Shown piece by piece: positions 12,135-26,205 of a DNA stretch of 64,000 bases. The stretch lies in contig NW_003314263.1 in assembly GCF_000143415.4 (NCBI RefSeq), positions 1,700,749-1,764,748 of the forward strand. Direction: 5' to 3'. A program made the position numbers and the translations under genes. Under the pieces are notes generated by a model. The model did no database searches. It was not told the origin of the DNA and saw only the letters and a list, made by a program, of their open reading frames with translations. Positions within the stretch are counted from its first letter, which is position 1, and every line of letters begins with the position of its first letter. Source of the DNA: Selaginella moellendorffii. Its lineage: Eukaryota > Plantae > Lycopodiophyta.

Positions 12135-13691
12135 TCACATTTTTCCTCGGTTGGCACTATCGGCCTCTTCGGAGGTCTTCTCGACCGCTTTCCCGCCGCC
12201 ACCCACAACGGCGCCCTTGAGCGAGAAGGCCGCGTGACTCACAGCCTCGCCCACCGACTCGAGCAGTCCCTTGCCGTGCTCTCCGGCCTCTCCCGCTTTG
12301 GCCTTCATCGCCTCTTTGTGCTCCTCGGCTTTGCTCCTCGCCTCCTCCGCGCTGATTCCAGTGCGCTCCTTGAATGCCTCGGCGCTCTCTCCGGCGCGCT
12401 GGCTCAAGCTCTCGGACCTCTCCCCAGATCCAGCTTCCCCCGTCATGCCCGTTCTTTTCTTGAATTCCTCGACGCTCTCGCCGGCTCGCTGCTTGAGCTC
12501 CTCGGTCCGAGACCCCGTCTTCTCCTTTGCTTCTTCAACAGTCATGCCCGTCCGCCTCTTGAAATCCTCGGTGCTCTCCCCAGTTCGCTGCTTGAGCTCC
12601 TCCCCCTTCTGTTTCGCGGCTTCCACAGTCGACTCAGCCGACTCCTTAGCAGACTCGGCGGTCTCCTTGGTTTTCTCGGACGCAAGCCCCAACTTCTCGG
12701 AGAAAGCCTGGGTGATGTTTCCAATCGCTCCAAACAAGCCTTCCTTGGCTCCTCCAGCAGTCTCACTAGCTCGATCGGTACTGAGGGAAAAAGACAGCGT
12801 CAGGAAAAGAGAGGAGAAAACTAGGACAAACTTTAGAAAACAAACCTTTGTTGAGTAGTGCCTTTCGCACTATCTGCGCTCTGGCCAACCGTATCCTGAG
12901 AAATACAAAAGAAAGCAAGCTCGCTCAATACGAAACAATAGAAAGAATACAAAACAACATACCTTCGTCGCGTCTTGAGCACGGGCAGCCTTCTCGGCAG
13001 TGACATCCTTTGCTCGAGCAGCCGAATCATAGGTGGAATCTTTCGCCTGGCCAGCCTTCTCGGCAGTGACATCCTTTGCTCGGGCAGCCGAATCATATGT
13101 GGTATCTTTCGCCTGGCCAGCCTTCTCGGCAGTGACATCCTTTGCTCGGGCAGCCGAATCATATGTGGTATCTTTCGCCTGGCCAGCCTTCTCGGCAGCA
13201 ACATCCTTGGCTCGAGCAGCCGTATCATAGGTGGAATCTTTCGCCTGGGCAGCCTTCTCAGCAGCGACATCCTTGGCTCGAACGCTGCTATCATAAACCG
13301 AATCCTTCGTCTGCCCAGCCTTCTCGAGAGTAGTATCTTTCGCTCGAGCAGCCGTATCATAAGTGGTATCCTTCGCCTGGCCAGCCTTCTCAGCCGCGGT
13401 ATCCTTCGCTCGGACAGCCGAATCATAGGCAGAATCCTTTACCTGGCCAGCCTTCTCAGCCGTGACATCCTTGGCTCGCTCCACCGTGTCCTGCGCCGAT
13501 TTGAAGGCCGAGTAGGCGGATTCCTGTACGGCCTCGCGGTAATGCGATAGCGCCTCGCTGATCGACTGCCCCGCCGTCTGCGTCGCCGTCGCCCCGTGCT
13601 CCCTCTTCTCCATGGCGCGCTCGGCGCTCGCGCGCGCCTCCTCGGCGGGGCTCGCGCGCTGCTCCTGCTGCTGATTCTTGCCCGACTCCAT
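12135..13691 (-). CDS. Group 3 LEA (late embryogenesis abundant) protein, 3 exons
   Basis: Hydrophilic A/K/E/D/T-rich protein with tandem 11-mer/22-mer repeats (AKDVTAEKAGQ AKDTTYDSAAR). GT-AG introns at ~12962-12897 and ~12846-12781 join the ORFs. Confidence 0.9.
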
Positions 13692-13883
13692 CGCACTAGA
13701 TCAAAATCTGGGAAATGTGGGAGATTCTACGCACCGCCGCTATGGATCGATCAAGAAATCCTAGAAATCTCACCGCAAACAAAACAGCTGACCCTAAATG
13801 CAGTCGTGGTGCTCGCTCAAACGAACTGGAAATATATGGAAGCATAAGCGCCGCCAAGGCGAGGGACAAATGGAGTGATCGCA

Positions 13884-13926
13884 GGGCGACGCGTGGCGCC
13901 ATGCAGTGACTGGGCGACGCGTGGCG
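13884..13926 (-). promoter_or_regulatory. Duplicated ABRE/CE3-like element flanking an RY motif in the LEA promoter
   Basis: GGGCGACGCGTGGCG at 13884-13898 and 13912-13926 with CATGCA between them, ~200 bp upstream of the LEA ATG. Confidence 0.6.
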
Positions 13927-14296
13927 AGAATACTCTCGAAGGGCGCCAGCATAGCATGCCATGAAGAAAAAGAATCTAGGGCTTCCGTGGCTATGCCGCA
14001 GGGCAAGGATAAAGGGCAAAAAAGTTGAGATGGACACGATGACCTTTTCTAGGACAGTGTCAAAATTTCTTTTTTCACTCCAGCGCAATGTTCTCTATCA
14101 GAGCAATGCTACTGCAACCTCGATCACCGACTTGATCCTCAATCACCGCTTTGATCGGTGGCTTCATTAGGGACTCGTACTGGGCAGATTTTCGTGAATC
14201 TCCGTAAGAAGGATTCTTGTTACCTACAGAATCCTCTCGTTCAAGTAACTGTTGAGGAAGATCCCAAGGAATATCAAACCTGTTTCACATTTACGG

Positions 14297-16240
14297 CTAA
14301 CAAGGATATTCCACATTTAAAAGGGCAGGCTCCATTGGATTGATTCCCACGATGCTCCTCGCGGCATTTGCCCCGCGATCGCGATTGGACTGGCTCCTAC
14401 ACGCCGCGAGCAGGGATTTCCACTCTAGGGTACCGGCGGCGAAGGGCATGGTTGCGATGAGCTCCTCGGCGGCGCCCAGATGCCCCGCGCGGCCCAGGGC
14501 ATCGATGATGCAGCAGAAATGCTGCTTGGTCGCCTCCAATCCGAAATCCATGGCCATGGAGACGAAGCAGCTCCTGGCGCTGTAGGCCCTGCCTAAATGG
14601 CTGCAGCCCAGGAGGATCGATGCAAAGCTCGATCGCTCGGGCTGGAAGAGAGCTTTCATCTCGCTGAAGATCTCCATTGCCGTGGAGTGATTCCCAGCCT
14701 GCGCGTGCCCGGCGAGCAGCGCGCTCCACGAGATCGCCCCTCGCTCTGGCATTTTATCGAACAAGTCCTTTGCTTCGTCCAGATGCCCTGACTCGGCATA
14801 AGCAGCCATGATCGTGGTCCAAGAAATTAGATCCCTTTCTCTCATAGTCCAGAACATCTCTTTGGCCTCGCTAATATTCATAGCGCGACAATAACCACTT
14901 AATATTACATTTAGAGACACTTGGTCTCTTTCTGGCATTCCTTGGTAAAGCTTTAGAGCATCCAGAAAATGCCCATTCAGGGCATAGCAAGAAACCATGG
15001 AATTCCAGCAAGCCAAAGTTTTATAACGCATATTGTCAAACACACACTTGGCATTCTCTGTGTAGCCATTTGTGGAGTAAGCCGTTAGGATCGAGCTGCA
15101 CGCCACGCTATCAATCTCTGGCATTTGGCTGTAGAGATTCTCAGCCATTGTGATATCCCCCACTTGGGCATATCCAGTCAGCATGATCGTAAGTGCCACG
15201 TGGCTGTGTTGTGGCATCGCATTGAACAAATCAATGGCCCGATCGAGCTGCTCGGCAACAACGTATGCCGTGAGCATTGCCGTCCAGCATAGCATATTCC
15301 TCTCAGGCATAACTGCAAAGTGAAACTCTGCCTCCCGCACTTGCCCTATATGGGAATATGCATGGAGCAGTAAACTCCACGTCACCATGTTGTGCTGAGG
15401 CATCGTTTCAAATGCCAGGATCGCTTCGTGGAATTTCCCACTGTGGATAAACGCGGAGATTAAACCATTCCAAGATACTATGTCACGGTGCGGCATCTGA
15501 TTAAACAGATTCTCGGCATCAGCAAGATGCCCGTTAAATGCATATGCCGACAGCATCGAATTCCAGGAAACTAAGTCCCTTTCGGGCATTTCATCAAATG
15601 TCCTTTTAGCATCTTCCGCGCATCCACTTTGTGAAAACGCGGACAACATCGAATTCCAAGTAGTCAGATCTTGCAAGGGCATTTCTTGGAAAACTTCCTG
15701 GGATCTATCTAGATACCCAGTTTGGGCATATGCAAAAAGCATACAGTTCCACGACACAATGTCCGGCGCGGGCATTTCAGAAAAAATAGATTCGATCTCT
15801 TCCAAGATCATAGCTCCTGCGTAAAGTCGCATCATGTTAGTGCATGAAACGAGATCCCTCTCCGGCATTGCATCGAAGAGTTGTTTCGCTTCCTCAAGAT
15901 GCCCAGACTGGGCATATGCTCCGAACATCGAGCTCCACGCAATAAGGTTTTTCTCCGGCATCGCATCAAACACCGCTCTTGATGCTTGGAGGGATCCGTT
16001 CTTGGCAAAGGAAGAAAGCAAGAGAACCCACGAAAAACAATCCCATTCCACCATGCTATGGAAAATCTCTTCTGATTTATCTGGACTCCCACACCTCCCA
16101 TACATTTCGATCAGCTTGTTCCACACAAAGAGATCCTTCGACTTGATACTACTGCTGGATTGGATCCAGCGAAGGACTCTAGCTGCGTCAGAGAGCGATC
16201 GACATTCCTGGATGGAAGTGAGAAGCTCAGTTCGATTCAT
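14297..16240 (-). CDS. PLS-class PPR protein with partial E domain, no DYW (647 aa, intronless)
   Basis: Long array of ~31-aa motifs (MPERDLVSWNSMLSAYA...), ending HFCCIIDALGRAGHL..EELIATMPF..WKSLLAACR. Confidence 0.9.
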   Translation of the reverse strand: MNRTELLTSIQECRSLSDAARVLRWIQSSSSIKSKDLFVWNKLIEMYGRCGSPDKSEEIFHSMVEWDCFSWVLLLSSFAKNGSLQASRAVFDAMPEKNLIAWSSMFGAYAQSGHLEEAKQLFDAMPERDLVSCTNMMRLYAGAMILEEIESIFSEMPAPDIVSWNCMLFAYAQTGYLDRSQEVFQEMPLQDLTTWNSMLSAFSQSGCAEDAKRTFDEMPERDLVSWNSMLSAYAFNGHLADAENLFNQMPHRDIVSWNGLISAFIHSGKFHEAILAFETMPQHNMVTWSLLLHAYSHIGQVREAEFHFAVMPERNMLCWTAMLTAYVVAEQLDRAIDLFNAMPQHSHVALTIMLTGYAQVGDITMAENLYSQMPEIDSVACSSILTAYSTNGYTENAKCVFDNMRYKTLACWNSMVSCYALNGHFLDALKLYQGMPERDQVSLNVILSGYCRAMNISEAKEMFWTMRERDLISWTTIMAAYAESGHLDEAKDLFDKMPERGAISWSALLAGHAQAGNHSTAMEIFSEMKALFQPERSSFASILLGCSHLGRAYSARSCFVSMAMDFGLEATKQHFCCIIDALGRAGHLGAAEELIATMPFAAGTLEWKSLLAACRSQSNRDRGANAARSIVGINPMEPALLNVEYPC

Positions 16241-16327
16241 TCAAGAAAGAGTATCACATAATTTCTCAGGAAGGAAGAACTAGAGGAAATGCTATACAGT
16301 AGTAGCAGTGACTGGATCTTGGAAGAA

Positions 16328-17053
<726 letters not shown>

Positions 17054-17397
17054 TTATTCTTCTGATGATTTGCCTGAGTCAAAGAAGACGTGGAGAAACT
17101 ATGGAGATTAAAATCACACGCTCCCAAGTGTCACCAACTTGGGATTTGATAAAGAATGGTTTTTTTTGTGGGCCTATGAACTGAGCTGTAAGCCAGGAAA
17201 ATGTAGCGAAGCAAAGAAAGTAAACATCATCGTCCAAGCATAGGCATTTGGAGTGCACGTCTTTGATCGTGGTGGTCGGTGCTTTGATCGATCTTAGGGT
17301 ACAAAAGTTTGCAGTGTGAAGTACAAGATCTCCAAATGTTTCCTCGCGAGGACCAATGCTTTAGAGAGAGGATATCTTGATCGGATTCGAGGGAGCC

Positions 17398-18870
17398 ATG
17401 ATTCCACTCATTATAGGACTGCTGGTATGGATGTTCTTGGGCGGTCAAATTGCCCAGTCTAGGGAATTGCTGCCAGGGGATTCGACTGGAATCAGGCTTA
17501 GAATCGTCCACCGATCGTCGGAAGAGTCTCCACACTGGAAGCCGGAGTACCGCGATCGGATCCAGCTGCTAGACGAGCTCATGGCGATGGATCGAGGGAG
17601 AATTGCGGCGTTTGGGAGAGTTCTCCAAGAAGCCGCGCAGAAGAATTCGACCAATTCGACGCTCCCACGAGAATCCACTGCCATGATCCAGGATTTTCAA
17701 GGAGAAGATCCCGCGCTCTTCTCGCGTCTCGTCTCTGGGAGCTCGATTGGATCCGGGCAGTACTTCGTGGAGCTCCGGGTCGGCACTCCAGCGAAGAAAT
17801 TCCCTCTGATCATCGATACCGGCAGCGATCTCACATGGATCCAGTGCAATCCCCCCAACACCACCGCGAATTCATCGTCTCCACCTGCTCCATGGTATGA
17901 CAAATCGTCCTCTTCTTCCTACAGAGAAATCCCTTGCACGGACGACGAATGCCTGTTCCTCCCAGCTCCAATTGGATCCAGCTGCTCGATCAAGAGCCCC
18001 AGTCCTTGCGACTACACCTATGGCTACAGCGATCAGTCCCGGACGACGGGAATCCTGGCCTACGAGACGATCTCCATGAAATCGCGCAAGAGATCCGGCA
18101 AAAGAGCTGGCAATCACAAGACCAGGACGATCCGGATAAAGAATGTGGCGCTTGGATGCAGCCGCGAGAGCGTGGGCGCGAGCTTCTTGGGCGCTTCCGG
18201 TGTTCTTGGATTAGGGCAGGGGCCCATCTCCCTGGCCACGCAAACGCGCCACACCGCACTCGGTGGAATATTCTCCTATTGTCTGGTGGACTACCTCCGT
18301 GGCTCAAACGCCAGCAGCTTTCTCGTCATGGGCCGTACGCGCTGGCGCAAACTGGCCCATACGCCAATCGTACGGAACCCGGCCGCCCAAAGCTTCTACT
18401 ACGTCAACGTGACGGGCGTGGCCGTGGATGGGAAGCCAGTGGACGGCATCGCGAGCAGCGACTGGGGAATCGACGGTGATGGGAACAAGGGGACTATCTT
18501 TGATTCTGGGACAACTTTGAGCTACTTGAGAGAGCCGGCCTACTCCAAAGTTTTGGGAGCTCTAAATGCATCGATCTATCTCCCCAGGGCCCAGGAAATC
18601 CCGGAAGGATTCGAGCTGTGCTACAATGTGACGAGGATGGAGAAGGGGATGCCAAAGTTGGGAGTGGAGTTCCAGGGTGGTGCTGTGATGGAGCTGCCTT
18701 GGAATAACTACATGGTGCTTGTGGCAGAGAATGTCCAATGCGTGGCCCTCCAAAAGGTGACGACTACAAATGGATCAAACATTCTCGGGAATTTGCTCCA
18801 GCAGGATCATCATATTGAGTATGATCTTGCAAAAGCTAGGATTGGGTTCAAGTGGTCGCCTTGTCATTAA
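17398..18870 (+). CDS. Secreted pepsin-like aspartic protease (nepenthesin/CDR1-like, A1B)
   Basis: Signal peptide, GSGQYFVELRVGTP, catalytic DTGS and DSGT motifs, ILGNLLQQ; intronless. Confidence 0.95.
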   Translation: MIPLIIGLLVWMFLGGQIAQSRELLPGDSTGIRLRIVHRSSEESPHWKPEYRDRIQLLDELMAMDRGRIAAFGRVLQEAAQKNSTNSTLPRESTAMIQDFQGEDPALFSRLVSGSSIGSGQYFVELRVGTPAKKFPLIIDTGSDLTWIQCNPPNTTANSSSPPAPWYDKSSSSSYREIPCTDDECLFLPAPIGSSCSIKSPSPCDYTYGYSDQSRTTGILAYETISMKSRKRSGKRAGNHKTRTIRIKNVALGCSRESVGASFLGASGVLGLGQGPISLATQTRHTALGGIFSYCLVDYLRGSNASSFLVMGRTRWRKLAHTPIVRNPAAQSFYYVNVTGVAVDGKPVDGIASSDWGIDGDGNKGTIFDSGTTLSYLREPAYSKVLGALNASIYLPRAQEIPEGFELCYNVTRMEKGMPKLGVEFQGGAVMELPWNNYMVLVAENVQCVALQKVTTTNGSNILGNLLQQDHHIEYDLAKARIGFKWSPCH

Positions 18871-19559
18871 TATACTTTGATTGCATGTATCAGTAAAGTA
18901 CATTAGAGCTTTTGATGATATGAAAACAAGTTAAAGCTTTTGTAAAAAGAATAAAAATTAACATGACTAAAAAATACTTTATGCAAGTTAATCACAATCA
19001 GAATTATCATAGAGTATAATTTAATATTCTAAGATATAAATATTAGTATTAAACTCTCTCTCTCTCATGTCCCCACCAGGTTGCAAGTCTACGCCATTTT
19101 CCCACAACAACAGCATCATGGCATGTTGTAGCTCTAAATGGTTTCCCATCAGGCTGCAAGATTACACCATCTTCCCACAGCAAGAGTGTCATGGCGTGTT
19201 GTAGCTCCAAAAGGAGAAATGTTGCATTAATTAATCTAAACAATTTTTCTTCAAATAACTTAATAAGGGATATAGTCCAATCCATTAATTAAAGTATTAA
19301 TTATAATTATGTTAACTTTAAACTTTACTACTTGGAATGATGTGAAATGGGAGTCTGCATTGCACTTTAAAGGCATAGTTAATTGATGGGCTTAAGTTTT
19401 ATTTGATGTAGTGCCATTAATTATTGTTCCTTTTTGTCTATCTAGTTTCACAAATTTATTTATATGATATTGGATAGTCCAGATTATTTATATTAAACAT
19501 AAGGATTATAAATACGAACCTTAACAATATATTTATGTTTTTGTTTGCTTATGTAGTAG

Positions 19560-19813
19560 TGGGTGGTAATGAATATACCTAGAATATGCTTGAATATTCT
19601 ACCATCTAACGGTTGTTATTCATTTAGATTAATCTTGTATTTATAATTTATAAACATGTTTATAATTTATAAACTTTATTAAACCTTTTCTAGTATATTA
19701 TTTTTTAGTCTATCATCTAATGGTTGATATGCAATAAAATTAATCTTGTGTTTATAAATTACAACATGTTTATAATTATAAACTTTATTTGATCAATTAG
19801 GCTAATAAGTAAT
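19560..19813. repeat. AT-rich dispersed repeat, copy 2
   Basis: Matches 3835-4096. Confidence 0.8.
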
Positions 19814-21679
19814 AATAACACTACTATTAAGAAAACCAAGCATTGCTACATGTAACACATAGCAATTTATTTAAATTAGGTTTAATAAAAAAATCTGTAG
19901 ATCTGAGATTGATAGCTTATTTTATTTAGTATTTCAATCTTAAGAGAATTATTACTTTATGAATTAAGTAGATTTAATAATTTTTTCCTATTTTAAATCT
20001 GACCATGCTTTCACCTATTTTTCTTTTTCATTTATATAGTCCAACAAAGTGCAAGGAGGTTAACAAGGGATTATTAAGTAGAAAAATTTCTCCCATAATT
20101 TATTTGGTCTTAATACCTCTTAATACAACCTAATCTACATTCATTTATTGATTAAAACAGTATTTAAAATTGAAAATTAAAGGTATAAAAGTGATAAGAA
20201 AATCATTGTATTGTGGTTTAATGTTTCCAACTAAATAAATTGTAGCATATTTAAATTTGGAGTTGAACTGCACTATGAAATAACAGTTTAGTATGCATTT
20301 AAATCCTCTATAAGCATTAACTCTCTATATTTAATTTCTATATTCAAAATGGTGTCAAAAGGAGTTTGATATAATTGCAATATACTGGTGGCTTAACACA
20401 AGGAGGTGGGTATCCCACTGACTAAAGTAACATAAAAATTAGGTTTAAACCGAATAACACAGCCTAATGGGAGTTAAAAAAATATCTCATATGCTTCCAA
20501 CCAATATTCTTACTATACATTTGAAGCCTTTTATATCCCCTTTTCATATATAAAAACTTGTTTTAAACTTTCATTCTAGTCCCAAGAGTTAGTCTTAAAG
20601 ATAAGCCTAAAAACTTACTAATTTAGAATAATGCTCAAGATATCTTTTATATTTCATAGATATGTCTTTCTAGACACTTTCCATAAATAGTACATAAGAC
20701 TAAAGTGGCACATAAAACATGATAGCTAATAGATATAGTGGTTAAGTATAATCAACAAAAAACACATAAGAGTTCTTATTTTATTTTTATCTAGCTAAAT
20801 ACAGATGTTAAATCTAATTTACTACACTTGAAAAAATGAAACTAGTAATATCAATCTCTTGCTATCATAGTAGTAAGGAGATTGTCTGAAACGACTAGCC
20901 AACAAATATATTTTGATATTTAAAGTCACATTCACAACACAAATGACCCAAAACGTATAATAAAAATATAAAGAAAAGCCTAAAACCAAACTCTTAGTTT
21001 TTCTGAACTATCTCTAAGTAGCCCAATAAAATCCTAAAATATTTCTGAATTATCCAATTCTTGACCTCTAATCATTGCCAAATCTAACCCAAAAGATAAA
21101 AGCAAGAGTTGCACCTCTCTATGATCAATACACTTCTACTATAAAAGCCTAAATCTGCAAGAGAGATTAAGAGATCACCTACTGTGGTTGTGGATCATTG
21201 TCAAGCTCAAAGACTGAGATATTGTTCTAGGTTGAGTGTTAGAGTGAGGAGACAGCCCAAATAGATCAGAACAGAAGGCTTCCTATATTAATATAAAAAA
21301 ACTGCCATGCCGACAAGATCACCACACTAATGCCTATATTCGTTTCCAATGTCCAAAACATCCACAAAATCCATTGTGGCTGGTATTACTATAATACTTA
21401 ATGGCTAATTTATAGCCATAAATTCATAGAATTATATTGTCATATTACCAATCTTTAACTAGTCTGTATATATACAATATAGAATTAGGCTAATCTGGAT
21501 TGCCATATCAACACAATATACATAGACCATCAATTAATTGTCTAAAGCTTCTCTTCTCTTTTGCCATTCTCTCATCAATGGGACTTGGCATGATATTGTT
21601 TGTTGATTTATTATCATTGATTTCCTTGTATGTTTAGGCACAAGCTAGCCAAGGGTTTTCTCAAGATCAAACAATGCCC

Positions 21680-23120
21680 GAAACACATTTGTGGAGTTTA
21701 ATATTTATTGTTTTGATATTACATCATTAAATTAAGGTGGACCCTAAAAGGGTTTCAGTTAGTGGAGAAATCCAAGTGGGGAAATGGAAGAAATCCAGGA
21801 TGTCTTGGCGTCGCTCACTGGCGTGCTCAGGCAAGACCAGCTCCTCTTCTCCGGCGATCACTGGGATTCTACAACTCAAGGATTAGCACAATCTGCGAGG
21901 AGGACACTAACGTCTTGACTCCAATCTTCTTCCAGGACAGTCGGGCAAAAGGTTTATTAGACTTTGTGAACAGTCATCGCTCACTTGCTCGCATAGCGCA
22001 CCCGGATAAACTCCTTGAGCTTCTCGACTTGCGGCAGCGCCACTTTGGCCGAGGGATGCTCGGCCGCGGCCGCCAAGAGCTTGTGGAAACGCGGGCATTT
22101 CGCGGGCTTCAAGCCCATCACTTGCTCAACTCCTGGGATCCACACCGCATAGGGTGCCAGCAGCACATCCAAGAACGACATGCTCGCGCCACCAAAGAAG
22201 GGGCCCTCTTCCTCACTGCCCAGCTCCGCCAGAGCTCCCTCGAGAAGCAAACAGTTTTGGTTGAACTCCTCGTTCACGGCCGCGTCACCGTTACTACGCA
22301 AGAATCGCATCAAGGAGTCGAAAAGCTGTGTGATCGATAAGCAGGAAGAGTATAAAACCCGTAGCAGCAGATTTCTAGTAAGAGAATCCTACCTTTTTGT
22401 CGATGAAATCGCTCCAGAAGCGGTGCTGTGCGCGGAGGAATGCGTCCTGAGGCAAGAGTGGGCTAGTTTCGGGCCAGACCTCGTCGATGTAGTGGACAAT
22501 GATGGCCGATTCCAGGATGGGCTTGCCCTTGTGGATGAGAACGGGGACCTTCTTGTGAACTGGATTGGATTCGAGCAGGATCTTGCTCTTGTTGCCAAGG
22601 TCTTGGGGGAGATCTTCGTGCTCGATGCCTTTGAGCACTAGTGCAAGCTTGACTCGCATGGTAAAGACGCTGGGCCAAGCGCTGAGCAGTGTCACCTCTT
22701 GATCGCGAGAAGCCATGGCTGGAAAATTGACAGGGAAAGTTGGAAATGCGAATGGAATGAGGTTTGATTGAATGAAGGGTCGCGTTTTATAATATAAAGA
22801 GCGTCCTACGTGAATTTCCGAGAAGGCAGAGGAGAAGGCTGAAGGTAACAGGCTTAAACTTTAAACAATCGATTGATTTTGACTTTGGTCCTTCCATGAG
22901 CCTGAAGCTTAGCCCATTCTTCACGGTGATCGTATCCAACAGCAAAGCTCAAGCCCTGCTAATTGTCTCATCCAGAAATTCTTGAAACACTTTATTGGCC
23001 TTTTATTTTTGCTTGTTTTTTGCAGTAACTTGTGATCTCGAATACGAGGGCCTCCTGTTAAAAGAGTATCAGCCCAAAGTCATCAAATTAAACCCAGCAT
23101 GATCCTGTTCTTGAGGAAAA
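21680..23120. repeat. Direct segmental duplication unit containing a GST (second copy ~29733-31353)
   Basis: Similarity extends from GAAACACATTTGTGG through the gene and promoter to TTCTTGAGGAAA in both copies. Confidence 0.85.
21981..22716 (-). CDS. GSTU: Tau-class glutathione S-transferase, copy 1 (intron 22392-22326)
   Basis: WPSVFTMRVKLAL, SNPVHKKVPVLIH, ESAIIVHYIDEVW, RFWSDFIDKK; single intron at the tau-typical position. Confidence 0.93.
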
Positions 23121-23745
23121 AATACCCCAGTAATTATCTCACTATCTGTGAAAGTATTTCTTGCTATTCTCTTTTTTACCTCACAGTATGGAAGCACTCT
23201 GGATATTTGCCTATGCTCTTATTGAAATTCCTGACCTGTGGTGAGTTTTAATGCTTGCTCAAACTTAGAATAACTGTGAGTGAGTTATTGTAAAGGTTAA
23301 TAAGACTGGTAATTTTGTATGAAATAAAAATAATTAGAAGTATATGTTTTTAAAACCATCTCTAAAATTCTTTTATTTTTAATCTCAAGTCTTAAAAATC
23401 TGAAAATTTTAGATTCCTCATTAAACTTAGAGGGCTTATCCTCTTTGAAAGGAACTGTGGTTATAAATATAATAATACAGTTATAGAATTTTAGAATATG
23501 CTTTTTTATTTTAAAAATATCATACTAAATGTATTTTACTTGAAAAATAAGAACGTATAGAAATATCGATAAAATATAATAATTATTAAAATCTTTAAGA
23601 ACATTGCTAGTGGTTATATTTTTTCAATGTGAAATTGTGTTCTCTACTTATGTATATTAAAAAAATATACTTTCGACTCTAAAAAAGTGTAACCATTTCA
23701 CCTAAGCTGGAAGCACTATAGTTAGTTTTTTTTCGAGAGCGACAG

Positions 23746-23845
23746 TTGCTCTTGAGCACTTTCTTAAAGAGCCTTTTTAACACTCCTCAAACCCATGCTC
23801 ACTCCCACCCAAAGCTACTCACCTCTAATCCCAACCCCAACTTGA
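23746..23845 (-). mobile_element. Old LTR fragment related to the chromovirus LTRs in this window
   Basis: GCTCTTGAGCACTT...CCATGCTCACTCCCACCCAAAGC matches 51520-51590. Confidence 0.6.
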
Positions 23846-24419
23846 TCTCACACTTGATTTCATTCAATGAATTCTTTATTGTTCTAGTTGTGGTTTCATT
23901 AGAGAGTTGGTTCCTTACAGTCTGCTACACAACCACCTTCTTTCATCCTCTGTCCAATTTAGAAACTTGAAATCTAAATCTTCCTATGTGTTCTTTACAT
24001 TCAAGTATTCCAGGAGACAAGTGCGATTGGCTCAAGTTCTTGGTTAATAAACCAAACTCATTTGTGCTTCTACAATGTGGTGGTGGTCAAGACACAATGG
24101 AAAACATAAAAGGCTTTTTGAGTGCTCACCACTTTCATGCTTCACTTCTACTTCTTGCCTTAAGTTTAAATTTGCATTAGATAGGTTATTTCATTTCATT
24201 TCATTTATTAAACATGACTTCCTCTTTAGCAAGTATGCCTCGGCTTTGCAAAGTATTAAGATGCATATGTCACCAATTGCCTCCATCTAGCATACATATT
24301 CATACTCACATCAACCTTGAATGTGCTAATGAAGAAACTAATCTCAGATGCTGACGGGATAATCAGCTTTATGGCACAGTTGAACGCAGAGCAGTGACGG
24401 AGAGTCACACGATTCAGAT

Positions 24420-24740
24420 AGAAGTTTTTGGAAGTACTCGGTGAGAGACAATGGCAAGGCCGAGGTGGCCTTGCAGCTCTTTCGATCGATGCAACAGTGC
24501 TGTGGAGCAAACGCATGAACTTTTGCCACTGCGCTCCATGCTCCACTCTCTCAGCTGCTGAAGAATTGAGGTGAAAGTTTGTTTCGCTGCAACAAGGCAG
24601 CGAAGTTCATCGTCAAGCCCGAGACTGGGATGAGAACAGATCCTATCCTTTGCAATGTCTACGTGGGGAATGCTCTCATCGACATGTATGTGAAGTGCCA
24701 GGTGCTCAAGAGGTGTGATACCATTCGGTTTTATGCCAGA
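24420..24740 (+). pseudogene. Decayed PPR fragment
   Basis: GKAEVALQLFRSMQ and NVYVGNALIDMYVKC motifs in broken frames. Confidence 0.6.
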
Positions 24741-25844
24741 TCAAGAAGATTTTTCTTGGCAACCTTTGCTCTCACAGTGAAAGATATCCGAGTGGAGCCA
24801 GCACTTTTGTGGCTGCTCAAGAATGCTAGCCCGGAAAGACAAGAGATAACTAAGCTCGTGAGACAACAGGACACTGATACGTTGAGCCAGCTCATGGCCC
24901 TGCTTGTCGGGGAGTTATCTTCAAAGAAGCACGTACTGGCTGCTTGCTCGCTCTAGTTGCGGAACAAGACATGGGCAAGGAAGGAGCTGCTGGATACGAG
25001 GCCTTCGACATGCTCAAAAAGCAAGGAGAAGCTGCCTCGGTGATAGCCAGGGTCTTTGCTCTTTGCAAGGACACGCCTCTTGCTCGTCAAGAACATCAAC
25101 GAGGAGGAGCCAGGGAGGATCAACCTTGCTACTCAGGCAGCATTAGCTCTGGCTTTAATTAGTTTGTCTTCTGATTTCATTTGAATTTTTGAATTCGTTT
25201 CAACTCTTTTAAAATCGTTTCAATTTGTTTGTCTTTGTTTGTAACTCGCTTTTAGCTTACTTACGAATTGCACGCCATAGAGAGTACATTTGCTTTAGCA
25301 TATAATAAGATATAAAAAGATGTTTATTACAAAAGAACAAAATGTTTAGAATTTGCTAGGTGCAGCTTAAAGATCTAATTAAATTATATTTATGTAAAAT
25401 TTTTGTATGTTAAATCATCTTTAATTGAGATTTTTTCTATATGGATTTGCATGTAAATCTCCTCACTTGTGCTGGCCTTGAAATATGTTCTTTCGAGATC
25501 ATTACAGTTAGAAGCTCACTAGGCTCACTAGCACAATGGGAAATTTTCAAAATGTATTGCACCACAAAAAACATATATGGATGATATATTTCCAATATTA
25601 AACATATGTGTTGTAATTGTGATTATATGCATTTGTATTAGTTTCATTAGCATTTTCAAGGTTTATATTTGTATAAACTTCATCAGCATGTGCTATGTTT
25701 ATATTAGCATTGTCAAGATATGAAATAATTTTTGCATTAGCATCTTCAAAGTCTGCCCCATTCATGGCCCATTTCCAACCCCCCAAAGATGCGAGTGCAT
25801 ATTCTAGAACCCTGCTCAAAGTATTTCCAAGCCACGTGTTTTTG

Positions 25845-25930
25845 TTTGTCTTCAGTTGTCTTCGTTTTAATTTGTTTTAATTCATTTGTCTTCGTTTTAA
25901 TTTGTTTTAATTCATTTGTCTTCGTTTTTA
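25845..25930. repeat. ~30-bp tandem repeat (TTTGTCTTCGTTTTAATTTGTTTTAATTCA), 2-3 copies
   Basis: Directly visible in the sequence. Confidence 0.8.
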
Positions 25931-26044
25931 GCTTGCTTTACAAATTGCACACTATAAATTTCATTTCCTCATAATCTTATAAAGTTCTTTATCCTAATGA
26001 AGCATCTTTGAATTTTTTTTTTATATTTAGTCCAGTTGCTAATA

Positions 26045-26205
<161 letters not shown>

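Noticed and set aside
12234-13550. Long antisense and alternate-frame ORFs over the LEA gene (similar ones over SPB1, GSTs, aspartic protease)
   Set aside because: Expected from GC-rich repetitive codon usage; no independent protein motifs.
21762-21980. Coding-like plus-strand stretch downstream of both GSTs
   Set aside because: No recognisable motif; its conservation is explained by the recent segmental duplication.
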